NCBI GenBank assembly: GCA_000708835.1
Contig: DF237109.1
Location: forward strand, 62,001 to 126,000
Source of the DNA: Klebsormidium nitens
Lineage: Eukaryota; Plantae; Klebsormidiophyceae
Reading direction: 5' to 3'
Length of the DNA: 64,000 bases
The notes under the pieces are model-generated. The model saw only the letters and a program-made list of their open reading frames with translations. It had not been told where the DNA came from and searched no databases. The translations under genes were made by a program, and so were the position numbers. Below, one piece after another: positions 40,101-52,900 of this stretch (position 1 is the stretch's first letter; each line of letters opens with the position of its first letter).

Positions 40101-42801
40101 AGGCGCCAGGTGTATCTTGAGCAGCTTGTGGCCCGCCTCCTCAAAATCGACGCTGGACATGATGGTCAGGTAGATCGTACGCCGCAGGTTCACCAGGTTG
40201 GTCTCCGTCTCGTCGCGGATCTGCATCTGCTCCTCCGTTTCTTCCTCGTCCTCTTCGTCGCTCTCTTCTTCGTCGTCCTCGCCCTCCTCGCCACCTTCTT
40301 CCTCAGACTCCTGCAACAAAGTTACGCAAAAATCTCAAACGTGCCCAGGCGCGCTTTCAGGAAGAAAACGCGTTTCGATTGCACTACAGCAAGTAAGGGC
40401 TTGAATGAATGACAGCGGGTAGTCACGGGTCTGGAACAGGGATCTGGGTAAGTGCTCAGTGTCCGAGTCGGTCAGTAGGACGAGTTCGCCCTCTCTAGTT
40501 CGATTCAGACAGTCACCAAAGTTGAAACAGACCTTAGTCGGAGACCTATGGCAGCCAGACCTTTATGCTAGCATTTTCTCCAACCAAGACCTGCTCTGCC
40601 TTACCTCTCCAAGAAGCTCCTTCTTGACCTTCTCGTAGGCTGCCTCGTCTTCCAGGTAAGTGGGGCTCTCCTTGAAGATGTCTGCACCAACAATCAGGGA
40701 ATGATCAAAACTCCATCGCAAATTGTAAGAAAGGGCTATGAGGACCTGAACTGTGCGCCGAGCAGAAAACCAAAGTGCTCAATCGTGCACAAATCAGAAA
40801 CCAAACAGCTAGGATGGGCAAGTGTAACCACTTCAATAACTACTTCAATAGTTGGATACCGAGGACGCTGATGCAACACTGGTCAATTCAGCACACCCGT
40901 GATCGAAACGACCTGACACAAGCGGCTTGCCAAAGATGCTTTTGCTGAAAACCCACAACTTCCTAACCATGATAGAAACGACCTGCCACAAATGGCTTGC
41001 CTCAGTATCTGAAAGAGGCTTCTGTTAAGAAACCATAACTTCAGAATCGGCTGCGCTCCTTGACAGGAGGCTTTTTGCATGATCAAAGAATCGCACACTC
41101 ACCTAGCGCTGTCTCGGGGTCCAAGTTGTCCTCCAGCGACACCTCGTGCGTGATCTGGTCTTCCGTTTCAACCAAATCCAAATCTTTCCCCACGGCAGGG
41201 AACGCCTCAAACTTGGTCCGCCTGGCCGCCGACAGGTCCTCGAAGATGTACTGCGCCCGCAGCCCAACTTCGCCTTCTTGCGCAATCCTGCGCATTGCCT
41301 CGAAGATGCCGTGCAGCCCCTGAGGCGACATGTCCGCCAGAGTCGCTCCGACTTCCTTCACAAAACCCGCAGCAACCTCAAAGCTGTCCTCTGTTGGCTT
41401 TTCCAGGAGCAGCGTGAGCAGCTCGAGCGCGATCACCTCGTGGGCGACTTGCTGGTTGACTAGGTGCGCGATCATTTTGACCGCCGCCAGGCACAGCGGC
41501 TTGTCGTTGCGCTTGAACGCGCGCCGGAACTGCAGCACGACCCTCTTCAGCACTAACTCCCCCAGCTCCGGGAACTTGGTATTAACCACCGCTAGGAGCG
41601 CTGCGTAGACGGGCGTGAACGTGGGCGACGCGAGCTGGGATTTGAGCAGGGAACGAGCGAACAAGCCCCGCCCACGAATCAGGTTCTCGGAGAAGAGCTC
41701 GAGCACGATGTTGCGGATGTTGGCCGTGTTGACTTTGTTGATGAGCCCGTTGATCGACTTGCGCAGCGCATCCCACGTGAGCCGTTGATACTCCTTGCTA
41801 GCCTTGTCATCCACCGCTTGCATCATCCGCGCCAGCTTGAACGGGGGGATGTACGCACCCCCCGTCCGCGTAAGCGCCGCAATGTTCGCTCTCGCCGGGC
41901 CGTTTGCAACAACCGGAGCCTTTCCGTTTGCTCCGTCGGGCTCGGTTCGCTCTTCCCTCAGCTCCTTATCTCTCCCGTTTTCATCCTCTCGCAAACGAGG
42001 CTCTCCCCGGCCCCTGTCCCGCCTGTCGTCCTCCCTTTCCCCCCTGTCTCTCTTTCTATCTCGATCGCGCCGCTCCCAATCGCCGTCGTCGTTCCCCCGT
42101 CTCCGGTCTTCCCGCCTGTCATCCCCTGTCCTGTCATTATACCGATCTCGACGCCGGTCCCTATACCGATCCTCATCATCATCCCGCCTCCTTTCCCGCC
42201 GGTCATCCTCCCCCCTCCGATCGCGCCGGTCATCATCCCCCCTCCGGTCGCGCCTGTCATCTTCTCGCCGCCTATCCCTCCTCTCCTCATCGCTCCGCCT
42301 GCTACTCCGCTCCTCCCTCCCCCCCCTCCTTTCATCCTCCGGATCGTCCTCCCCCCCATACCTGCTTAATTTCCTCAACTCCTCATCCTCCGGCACTTCT
42401 TCCAGCCTCTCGCCCCCGGCTCTCCCCATTCTCTTCCGAGGACTCATCGGGCTGGGGCTGGGACTCCGCTGCCCCCTCCGGTGGTCCGGCGTCGCTTTTG
42501 GCGGCTTCAGCATGACGATCCTCTCGGGCGTCGGGCTCGGCGTCACGCTCGCGTTTGCGCGCCTGACGGGCGCCTCCCCATCCGCTGTGGGGCTGAAGTG
42601 GGGGCTAGCTTCGTCGGCTCGGGGACTGGGGCTCCGCAGGAGGGGGGACCGCGGCCCCTCTTGTGGGAGGGGTCCGGACGGCGCATGGTGTTCCTCTGCT
42701 TCGGGCGACATGCTGCGGCTGAGCAGCGGCTCGAAGGGGGAGCTCAGGCCGCCAGCGCTGACGTCAGGGCTTGGGCTGCGGTCTCCCGAGGGTTCCGCCA
42801 T
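37144..42801 (-). CDS. CWC22: Pre-mRNA splicing factor CWC22 (MIF4G + MA3 domains, RD-rich N-terminus, SD-rich C-terminus)
   Basis: Large first coding exon 42801-41103 with [74 protein letters not shown]. Later exons give [93 protein letters not shown]. The stop at 37144 follows S/D-repeat exons. Confidence 0.95.
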
Positions 42802-43909
42802 GGCAGCAAGGCTGTGAATTAAACTGCAGGGGGAAGATTCCTGTTGATGCGCAACATTGAACCTGTGGAAAAGCGAGACAACAGAGGACGGCCAAAAGAA
42901 TCTGATCGTAAACTGACGGTTTTACAATCATATTAAGGGTCCACAGGAGCCTGTATGCAGCAGCCCAGAGACACTGCAAAAGCCTCGGCCTTGATCCATC
43001 TTGCACAGGGTGGCCCAGTATACCTGATGCAGGCAAGGCAACATCGTCATGCAACCTGAACTCGGCTGCCGCGGCCGTTATGCACAATTGCGGAGCCGGA
43101 TCAACCAGTAAGTGCACCCTTGTGTGCACCTTTTCCTTGCCAAATCGTAGGTCGACTGTTGCAACTGTGCAATTGCTAAGACTTCTGGTTCCTTGACTTT
43201 CAAGATAGCTTCCAAGAGCTTGGAAAGTGAGGACCTTTACCATCAAGTTCAGGAGCAGAAACAAGCAGATGGAAACTTGCGGGCAAAGGCGTAGTCCTCA
43301 AGCTACAATTCCACTTCAAGAAAGCAATCTTAAAACCCAGTAGGTCCCGCTGAAGTAGCGGAAGAAGCAGGAGCATACCTCACCTTACGAATGAGCTTTA
43401 AAGTGCAAGGAGTAGTCAAACCCGACTAAGGTGCATACAATCAGGGAACGAGTGCTTCCGCTAGCAGCGCCTCTGAACAGAAGCCCGCAATATTAGAGCT
43501 CCAACGGGAGCAGCGCCTACCAACATCGCTGCCCAAGGCACAAACAGGTTACAACTTATACAGGCTGCAGTGGCAAAGTTGCGCCCTGTTCCTCCTCCGA
43601 TACTGCACGAGCTCTGAAAAAGGTCCCTGTGCAGATTGCGCGGCACAGCATGCGAAAATTAGTAATTGGGATGAAACGCTCTTCCAAAGTAAGGAGTCAG
43701 TTGTGTCTGCGCGTAACAGACATTGAATCGAGGAAGAAGCCTCTAGCTGAGCTGCGGGGGAAGACACTGCTTGGGTAGGGGTGCTTGCAAGAGCGCCTGC
43801 GCTTTCAGTTTCTGGTTGGGCGCATGGCCTGAGACATTGACGTCAACATACCGTAGTGGACATCACCAATCTTTAGCAGTAGCTTTGAAGGCCCTTGCAA
43901 GTGTTCCCC

Positions 43910-45993
43910 ATGGCGACTGCCGCTGTCGCTCGCACAGTGGGCAGTGCTGGCGGTGTCTCCTGCCGAGCAAAGGCCAGCGTGTGCTCCTCTTCCCGCCCTT
44001 TCCTTGCCTTCTCAGGCCTCAAGTCCAACACTCTGTTGCTGAAGCAGCAGCGAGATGCATTCCAGCTGGCACGATGCAACAAGCGGACGGCCGGTGTGGT
44101 AATGGCGGCAACCCTCGACCTGTTGGACTTTTCAGGCAAGCCTCTCGGCACAGAGACCCTTGACTTGAACGCTGCCAGGCCCGAGACGGCGCGCGCAGTT
44201 GTTCACAGGGGTCTGATCACAGAGCTCCAGAATAAGAGGCAGGGGAATGCGCACACCAAGACCCGGTCTGAGGTTCGGGGGGGAGGCAGGAAGCCGTACA
44301 AGCAAAAGGGCACGGGCAATGCTAGGAGGGGGTCCACCCGGTCGCCGTTGATTGTGGGGGGAGGAGTTGCATTTGGGCCGAGGTCAAAGAGCTGGAGGAT
44401 CAAGATGAACAAGAAGGAGAAGCGGCTGTCCATCAGCACGGCGCTGCAGAGTGCGGCGACTAGCACAGTTGTGGTGGAGGACTTCGATGACAAGTTTGAG
44501 GAGCCGAGCACAAAGAAGATGATCAGTGCATTGCAAAGGTAGGGTTTGTGGCAAATATTTCAAGGAGTGCCACTGCGACTCTGCATTGGGAGTCGTGCCA
44601 CGCCGTTGATCACTAAGTTCGATGGCGCTTTTCGCTTTTCGGAATGGTTGATTTATTCCACTGGCCTCCTGGTTCTTGCCTCGAGCAGTACGTTTGCGCC
44701 TGTGCTGGTTTCTCTTGTAAATGAACGTACTGGGGGATTGTAGAATGCAGAATGCAGAATGACGCCAAGCTCTCAGACTCACACCCACAATGTCGTGGCT
44801 TTTGGTAATGGTGTGACAGGCTGATGGTTGTGCCTGGCCCGTCGTCATCTTTGCTGTCCGTGTAGCACTCCGACTGTTCTGTGTGACGCAGTTTTTCTGT
44901 CCTTTTAGGGAAACTAATCTTGGTCTCGTGGGATTCCTTTTGCGTATCAACCTGGCTAGCATAGTGCTTCCTGGTCTGCAGTGAGAGCAACCTCCTTCAA
45001 AGGAATGCTTTTGTAAGTGGCTGAAGGGTGATGTTCGCATCTGCTACCATATTGGTGCGGCTGCGGAAGCATACAAGGCGCAGGAGCACATTTGTGGCTG
45101 GCTTTTGCACTGTCTCCTCCACACGATGTTCGTTTCGCAGCAAGTGGACCCATAGCGCCACCTGATCAATCCAGCAGCGTTTGCATGACACCTTGTCTAT
45201 CGCCCTTGGCAGTCGCGTACTTGAATTTGATGGTCCTGCTTTACAGAGAAACAGAATGTAGCTTTTCAACCACCAATGTACACATTTGTACACAGTTCGC
45301 TGCACACGATTGGGCATGTGCTGTTATTGACATCCTTTCTGTTTCTCCTTGTCCCCAAAGGCCCGCACCTCAACCAGGAACATTGACATATGCAGTCTCT
45401 GGAGAAGCCTGCTGGTAGCCTGAACTTTCGTGAAGAGGGGGAAAAGTTATCAGCATGTCGTTCCTTGGGAAAACTCATCCAACACAATCAGTGGGTGTTG
45501 GATGGAGTTAAGCCTTTCATTAAAGGAATTGACTACCACATGCAGCAGATGAGAAGTTCCGATCTTTTGCAGGAGTACTGCTAAGACGTCGAAACATCTT
45601 GCAAACCATGGGAGAAGACAGCTTCTCTGTCTTGTATGTTTCTGTATATAATGTATTGTGAGATTTTTGGGCTTTGGAAGCAGCTGGAATCTTGGTTTGA
45701 ATCTGATTTTGGTGTGCAGTTGGGGGGTTGCTGCGGAGGAGGAGCACGTGCTCTTGTTGCTCCACGCCCCCATCCCTCGGGCCGTTGCCAAGTCCATCAG
45801 CAACATCAACAATGCGAAGGTCATGACCCCCGGCGCCGTCAACCTGTACGACATCCTGCGCGCCGACAAGCTGGTCATCACAAAGTCGATGCTGCAGCAC
45901 TTGAACGAGCGATACCCACCCAAGGGTGCGCTCGCGGAAGAGGACGAATCGGAAGAGGAGCCCGCAGCAGAAGCCGCGGAGGAAGCTGCATAA
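43910..45993 (+). CDS. RPL4: Plastid 50S ribosomal protein L4 (uL4c), nucleus-encoded; 2 exons
   Basis: Exons 43910-44538 and 45720-45993. Transit peptide, then [65 protein letters not shown] ... [14 protein letters not shown], with an acidic tail. Confidence 0.95.
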
Positions 45994-46963
45994 GCACTCA
46001 GGTATTGCAATATGATAGAAAGACTTGAGCGAGGGGACCGTTCGCACGAGCCTCCCTGTCTGCCTCGCGTTTTGCACGAGGGGCAGATGTAAAAGTGTTC
46101 AGCGAAGCTTGGAAGGTTGGTAAGCATGTGGATATGCCAGTGTTGTTGATTCGAAAGTCACATGAACGAACTTACTTCGGACTTGACAAGGACGAGCTGC
46201 CATCAGCCATCGGGCATAAAACAGCTGGGATGGTTGCCTTTCATCAACTGGCCGCCTAATACGAGTTGCCGAATATACTCAATATGAGCCTAGCTCGATT
46301 GTCTTCTGCACGTCAGTGCAGTATCATGCATGTTCACGTCTGGCCGGGTTGACCGTCACATGACAAGCAGTTGCATGGTTTGAATGTTGGCTGAGGAAAT
46401 GCACTCAACTTGGCCGCCCTGACGGCCCCAGCCTGCATGCATGCCTGCTGATGCATATATCTGCTGCGCAAGTAGTGAGAGTGCTGATCCGGCTCTGCCA
46501 CTCGAGTATTGTGTCGACCGTCTGTACAACTCGCCGCGGCCGCGGCCGCCTGCGCAGCCATCATTCTCCCATGCTGCATTTGAGTCCTTGGAATCATGGA
46601 TCGGGAAAATCTTGGTATACGCTTCCGATCAGACATCATGCATGTGGTACATTGCACCGCGTATTGAACAGGCTGCACTAGTGGAGCTAACTAGCTATAC
46701 AGCATGCCGTGAGCTCGGACAATTCATGATGCTAGCCCACATGGCCCTGCCAACATGAACATGTACTCGTTGGATGCAATCACATCATGAAGGCGATTGT
46801 CTTGCACACAGGCAACCTACTGTATGTGCAGCGCGAACCAGTGATTGACTGCGCCTGGGCGCCGGCGGCTAGCGTGCACGGGCTTCAAGTTCCGGCTACT
46901 ACGCTTCAGTTGGACAATCAATCTTATATACTCTCTTGAACAGTCCTCCCCAGGAATTGCGTA

Positions 46964-49900
46964 TCATACATACAAAGAGTTTGCAAAGACGATGCCTCGT
47001 CGTATACTGTCGCTGGCCGTTTGGAACTTCTCCTCCAGGTTCTCGTCCCCGATAGTCTTGGCTGCTGTTCGTAACTGCACCAAGCACACAGCACGTCAGC
47101 GGCCAAATCGATACGGAAGACGGGGCATTGCGGCTTGCTGCATGTCCATCATACCAGTTGCGCGCCAAACGCAAAAACTTGCAAAGCAGAGCCTATCTTC
47201 TGCAGAGGATTCTTACAACAAGCAGTAGTTGTCGCAAACATATTCTGCAAGGTATTATGGCATGAAGATGCTCGGAAATAGAATCCCACATTGTCAACCA
47301 ATCTGACCGGTGATACTCACTTGGTTCAGCAGCTCGTCTAGCCTCCGCATTGCTCGTATTAGACTCCCCTCGAAGTTGTCCGTCAGCTTTATTACTTCAG
47401 AGAACTTGGCACCCTGTCGGTTGAGAAGATAAGTGTCACGAACATGACCTCATTTGGTACCATAACATGAGTAACATAGTCAATTCAGCAAAGTCTGCTT
47501 ACGCCAGATTCGGAGAGGGCTAAAGATTCTGAGCTCCGGTGGTTTAACACGGTTCTGCTACATTGGAAAAACTTTCGTTGCACGCATGTGCGCTACGGCT
47601 GACTTGCCTGACCTGACGATAACCAACAACCCGGCTTTGAATACTGAATCTTAAGAAAGACAATTTTACCACCTGGTGTCTGCAGATCCGAAGACCAAGA
47701 GAGACAGCCTTTGCCACGTGGTTGTCGCAGTTAAGAAGGACAACTTTGAGAACTCCAGAAGGTTAAGTAAGACGGATTTTTGCCACAGGTTTTTATATCA
47801 ACTTGACGGTTAAGACAGACAAGGATTGGGCCGCACCTTGGACCAGGCGTAGACTGCGTCCATGAGGAAGGGCTTGAAGCTGTCGGCATATTCGTCGACG
47901 TCGATCTCGATCTTGCACTCCTCCTGAACCGTCGCCACGTGCGCCGCAGTCTCGCGCAGCGCCGATAGCGGCTCGTGCAGCTCCTTGATCGAATTTACCT
48001 GGCAACCAAAAAGCGGGAGCAGGGATCAACATTGCTTTCATCGTTGCCAAACAACGTCTTTTGTCAGGCGGCTTCTCCGGAAGTCCTTGACTCCGGCTTC
48101 TTGAAAAGATGCATGACGAAGCCTTCTTGCATTGAGAAGGCGGGCAGCAAGTTTCGCCTGTATAAATGACCCACAAGAAAGCTCTCGCTCGTCGTCTTGG
48201 ATCGACGCACCCACTTCAAACCGGGGGCCGAAAAAGGCCTGCTGCCCCCTTCAAGGCGAATTTGTTAGATGTAAGATACCAGCGGACTCAAAGAGGTCTG
48301 CGTCTCATCACGAACCCGCCCCCAACAATGCCAAACTCATTCCTGACCACAAAGCACGCCATTGATGTCCTCCGGTTTTGCTAAGTATGCAAGTCAGAAG
48401 TCTGCTGCAGTGCTCATTCTCCAACGCAGAAGACAGCTATCATATCTACTCGATGCCTCCAGTCCACCAAGTCAAACCTCGTCAAAGAAGAACCAACATC
48501 CCTGCTTCCCACCTGTTTGTTGGACTTCTCCATCTGCATGAAGCAGCTGGCGACGGCCGCGATCTGGTGCGCGTCGAGGCGCGTGAAGACGCCGTTGAAC
48601 ATGAGCTCCGTGACCAGCAGCTCGTCCGCGGTGTCGATCTGGCACGCAGCGCGCCCTTTCAGCTGCACCACGCCGTCGCCGTTTATGTGGCCCAACCGCT
48701 TCAGCACGCGCCCGCGGTTGCGCAGCTCGTCGCGGAAGAGGTGCAGCTGGAAGCGGGGGGGTAAATGTTGATGATTGTAAGAACTCTTCACTTGAACGAA
48801 AGTAGCAGTGGTGCAATGTGCAAAAAAGTATGTGTTGCGCAGCTCGTCGTGGAACAATTGCAGCTGGGGGTGGGGGAGAGACGGGAGTCCCTTTGTTACT
48901 TTGTTTCCAGGAGACAGTGATACGAAGGGGAGCTGGTGAAATAAGTAATTCCGTTACGCAGCTCGTCGCGGAACAGGTGCAGCTGGAAGGTGGGGAGAGG
49001 AAGGGTGGATGAACACGTGAGTGCCCGTTCATTTCACTTTCGAAACGAGGAAGCTAAAATGCCAGACGTGCAGCGAGTGGTCTGGTTGCTCAGTCGTCGC
49101 GGAACAGGTGCAGCCGGGGATGAGGCAGTTTCTTCACATGATCGTCTTGCCGGTATGCAGGAACTGAAGCGCAGTACCTCAACGTTGGCTTACAAAATCG
49201 CAGCTGTGATTAAGAGTAAGGACGGCTTTCTTTTTCGACTTTCCAAGACTGCATGGTCACAGAAAATCATAGCAAGCAGCAATCGATCCGAAAAGCCGGC
49301 CCGTACCTCGACATCAGACACTCGACCAGCAAGAAAGACTCATTCTCAGGCACAGGGAGCGCAACGGCAAGAGTTCTATTTGCCAGAATCTTTTGAAGAT
49401 AACATTGAAGTTCCTCCGTTTGCTTTTTAGGGTTTCAGGGTTTCGGGTTAGGTTTAAAGAACCTAAGGCCCCTAAAACCCTAAAAGTAAGTATGCGCATA
49501 CGCTCGGGGCCCACCTGCGAGTCCGCGGTGGTTTGGAGCTTGAGCTTGGCGGCCTCCGCGTCCAGCTGCGCCTTCTTCTGCATCGCCGCGTACGTCTCCG
49601 CCTCGCTGCCAGACTGCAACATACACGGCGTCGATTGAGCTGCTTTCTGCAGTGCCAAGAACCCATCTCAGGTGGTGTCGAAACATGTGGAGGACAGTAG
49701 CGACGTAAGACCGAAAAGACCATGCAGCAAAGCAGCTCCCGCCTCCTCGTCCTCCTTCCTTTCCTCAGCGGGCAAGGAAACAACAACGAAAGAGACTAGT
49801 CACGAATGACATGACTGAGCATGAGGATGAGTGCGATCCGCCGGAGGCTGACCTTGAAAAGCGGGTGTTCCAGCAGCTCTGTCTCCCTGTCCTGCAGTTG

Positions 49901-52900
49901 TTGCACCGCGTCTAGGAACGCGTCGTCCCGAATGCCCATGTCCTCGATGGGGTCCAACCGAGGCAGGCCGTCCGGGAAGCGCTGCTCCATACTGCGCACT
50001 TGTTGTAGCACCATGCGCCGCGCCTCCGCGGGCCGCAAGTCGCCCGGCAGCGTCACGCGCAGCGAGCTGCGGCAAAGGAGCAACGAAATTGCGGGGTTTG
50101 GAAGAGCACGACTCGAAGGATTCTAAGATCAACGGCTTGGTGATGAGGTCGCCAGTTCAGGCACTTAGGATCCGACCGTTTGAGGTTGCAAGCTGGATGT
50201 ACAAACGGCATTCGTTTTCAAGTGGGCGAAAACAGGGACCATTGCGAGTGAGTGCACCAAAGAATGGGTTAAGAGGTATCGCATCTGGTGGATAGATAAG
50301 TCAGGAATTCCTGTGCATTGGGCTGCAAAACAGGAAAGCTATACTCCCAAGGTACAAGGTCCTACTTTTAGATAGTCCTCTAGGTCACTCTCCCTTGAGC
50401 CAAACACTGTCCCAACGGCTCACCTGACCGCCGTGATCTGCGTCAACTGCACGGGGATCACTTGCATCTCGCCCTCCTCCTCCGGGGAACACGGCCGCGG
50501 TTTCGGCCGTCGACTCCGGTCTACTCTCCCGCTGTCCGGCGCGCAGTAGAGCAGCGTGTCGGCCATGTAGGACTCTGCCGGGGCGGGTATCGAACCGTTC
50601 CGCATCACGTTCGCTGCCGGGGGCGTGCGCTTGACCACCGAAACGACGACGCCCCAGCCCCACTCGTCGACTCCGTCGTGAACCTGGAGGAAAGGAAGCC
50701 GTTCAAAAAGTCGGTAACCTCTACCGTTGCATGTTTGGTGTTTCAAGGGCCGTCCTGTCAGAACAGCTCCGTTCGCCTGAGTCGGACTGGGACGAAAGTC
50801 CACTGCGATGAGCGGCTTGAACCCGGTCCCTGTCAAAAGTGTCAATACATGCACCTCCCTGCCATCTTCACGCCAATACAAGCATCAAGGCGAGACACGG
50901 ACCTCGTTTCCTCCTGAGTACCTCAGACCCTAAAACTGGAAGTATCTGCACTTGAGAAAACGAAAGACCGGGCATTCCTGAAATACCTCAAGGTGCAATG
51001 GGAGTCGCTTTAAGCGTGAACGCGGTGCCCACTACCCTTCGACACTGTCGAAGAGCGCAAGTCTCGATTAGACAAGATTGGACTGGTAGGGTGAGTTAGT
51101 GCAGTGCGCTGAGACTTATGCCTAAACTTCAGTATGTGTACGCCCGTTTCCCCTCACCTGTATGAAATTCTGATAGATGTAGTGAAAGATAACAGCCAGT
51201 TAACACTAATGAAGACGGGTAAAGATACTTAAGCAAATAGGGTAGGTACACAGGTGCGGAGCGGGTGATCCTTTGGCTTAGTATTTTCAGTGAACCGCAA
51301 AATGCATACTGTTCACAGGACCGAGGATTACCTGGATGAGCCGGCCCGGGCGCATGAAGTGCAGGCACCGGTCCGGCCGCAGGACCTCGGCCATTATGAG
51401 CTTCTCCAGCGCCGCGATCTCGACGCGCAGCTTCTTGTAGCTGTCCGCGGACTCAGGGGGGGGCACCACAATCGCCGCCGACTGGCGCTCCAGTTCGGCG
51501 GCGTCGGCCTCCAGCTTGGGCCGCTTCTGCAAGACACGTGGCATCCTTTAGGTGGTGCACACGTACCGCGTTTGCATTCGGAGAGAGTCGGTCTTAAAAA
51601 AGTGAATTGAAGATAAGAGCCGTTGTGGATCGTGCGATAAGGAGAAGGTCAGCAACATACATGGCGGCATTCCACCAGTATCATGCGCAACTTTCTACGA
51701 TGCCCAGGCGAGCGCAGCTTTCGACTAAACAGGCAGCAAACGCGCCAGCAGTCAAGAGCTCCAGCCATAGTTGACACACTCAGAAGCCAAACACTCCTCA
51801 CGAACTTAACGACAAAGGGGGGTTGCATACAGGGTCGAACACAAGCACGGTGCTCGAGCACAAAAGCAAGTCGCAAGCCAGCCTGCGTGCGAGCTTCCCC
51901 TTGCAGAGATCCACACTGAAAGGGTGAACAGCACACATTCATTTTGACAGCTGTTGCCTTTGTACATTGCTCTTCGCACAATCACATCACCACCGCTATC
52001 CATAAATCCAGTGGCTCATCTTTGTCTTACGAATATCTCGCGGCGCACCTTTTCGTGGAGGAACTGCAGGAAGGAGTGGCGGATCGCGTGCTCCGCGCCG
52101 AACTGCCCGTCCGCTCGGCTCATCAGGTTCAGCAGCGTGTAGTAGCTCAGCTTGAACGTGCTCTCCAGCGGCGCGGGCCGCCCCAGCATCATCTCTTTAC
52201 ACGTGGGCATGTCCATTTGGTCATCCACCATGGTAATGGTTATGCCTTTATCGTCCTTCCCGCGCCGCCCCGCGCGGCCGCTCATTTGGATGTATTCACC
52301 GGAGGACATGTAGCGGTGGCCCTCGCCGTCCCATTTGCGGACCTGTGTGAAGACCACCGTCTTGGCCGGCATGTTCAGGCCCATCGCAAACTGCAAGACA
52401 GGAGCGGGGGCGATCAGCGGCTTGAGCGAGCCAACCAATAGACCATTTGAACGATCTCGCGCAAGAAACTGACGGCGCAATCCTTTGTGTGCTGCATTGG
52501 TTCTAGCATTGTCCGATTGAGTCAGATGGGAAAGTACTCGACGCCGTCGTTTCGAATCTTTCGGAGCGATGGATTAGAACCGAGGAATGATTGCAGATCC
52601 ATACCAAGGGTCGGCATTGCGATACTTCTTTTGGCTGCGGTGCGGAACGACGACGGAACAACAATAATTGGAAACTTGACAGAGTCCCATCAACGATGAC
52701 CCGACTGGAGCTGCAAATGTTGTCCTACAGTTGCAACCCAAACCGTCCCAAATCCCGCGTTCAAGATCCACAAAGGACCGTGTCCGTAACAAGGAAACAC
52801 ACGGCTCCAAACCTTGCCCGACAAACTCAACAGCTCAAAACCAGTGCGAAAACCTCAGGTTTGTGGGCTTACCGTTTCTGTGGCGAAGAGCACTTTGACG

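Noticed and set aside
41785-42817. Long + strand ORFs (194, 340 and 203 aa)
   Set aside because: Antisense shadows of the low-complexity RD-rich CWC22 exon.
42764-43264. 166-aa - strand ORF upstream of CWC22
   Set aside because: It lies across a probable 5' UTR intron (acceptor ttccccctgcag near 42827), starts at a non-ATG codon and has no recognisable motif.
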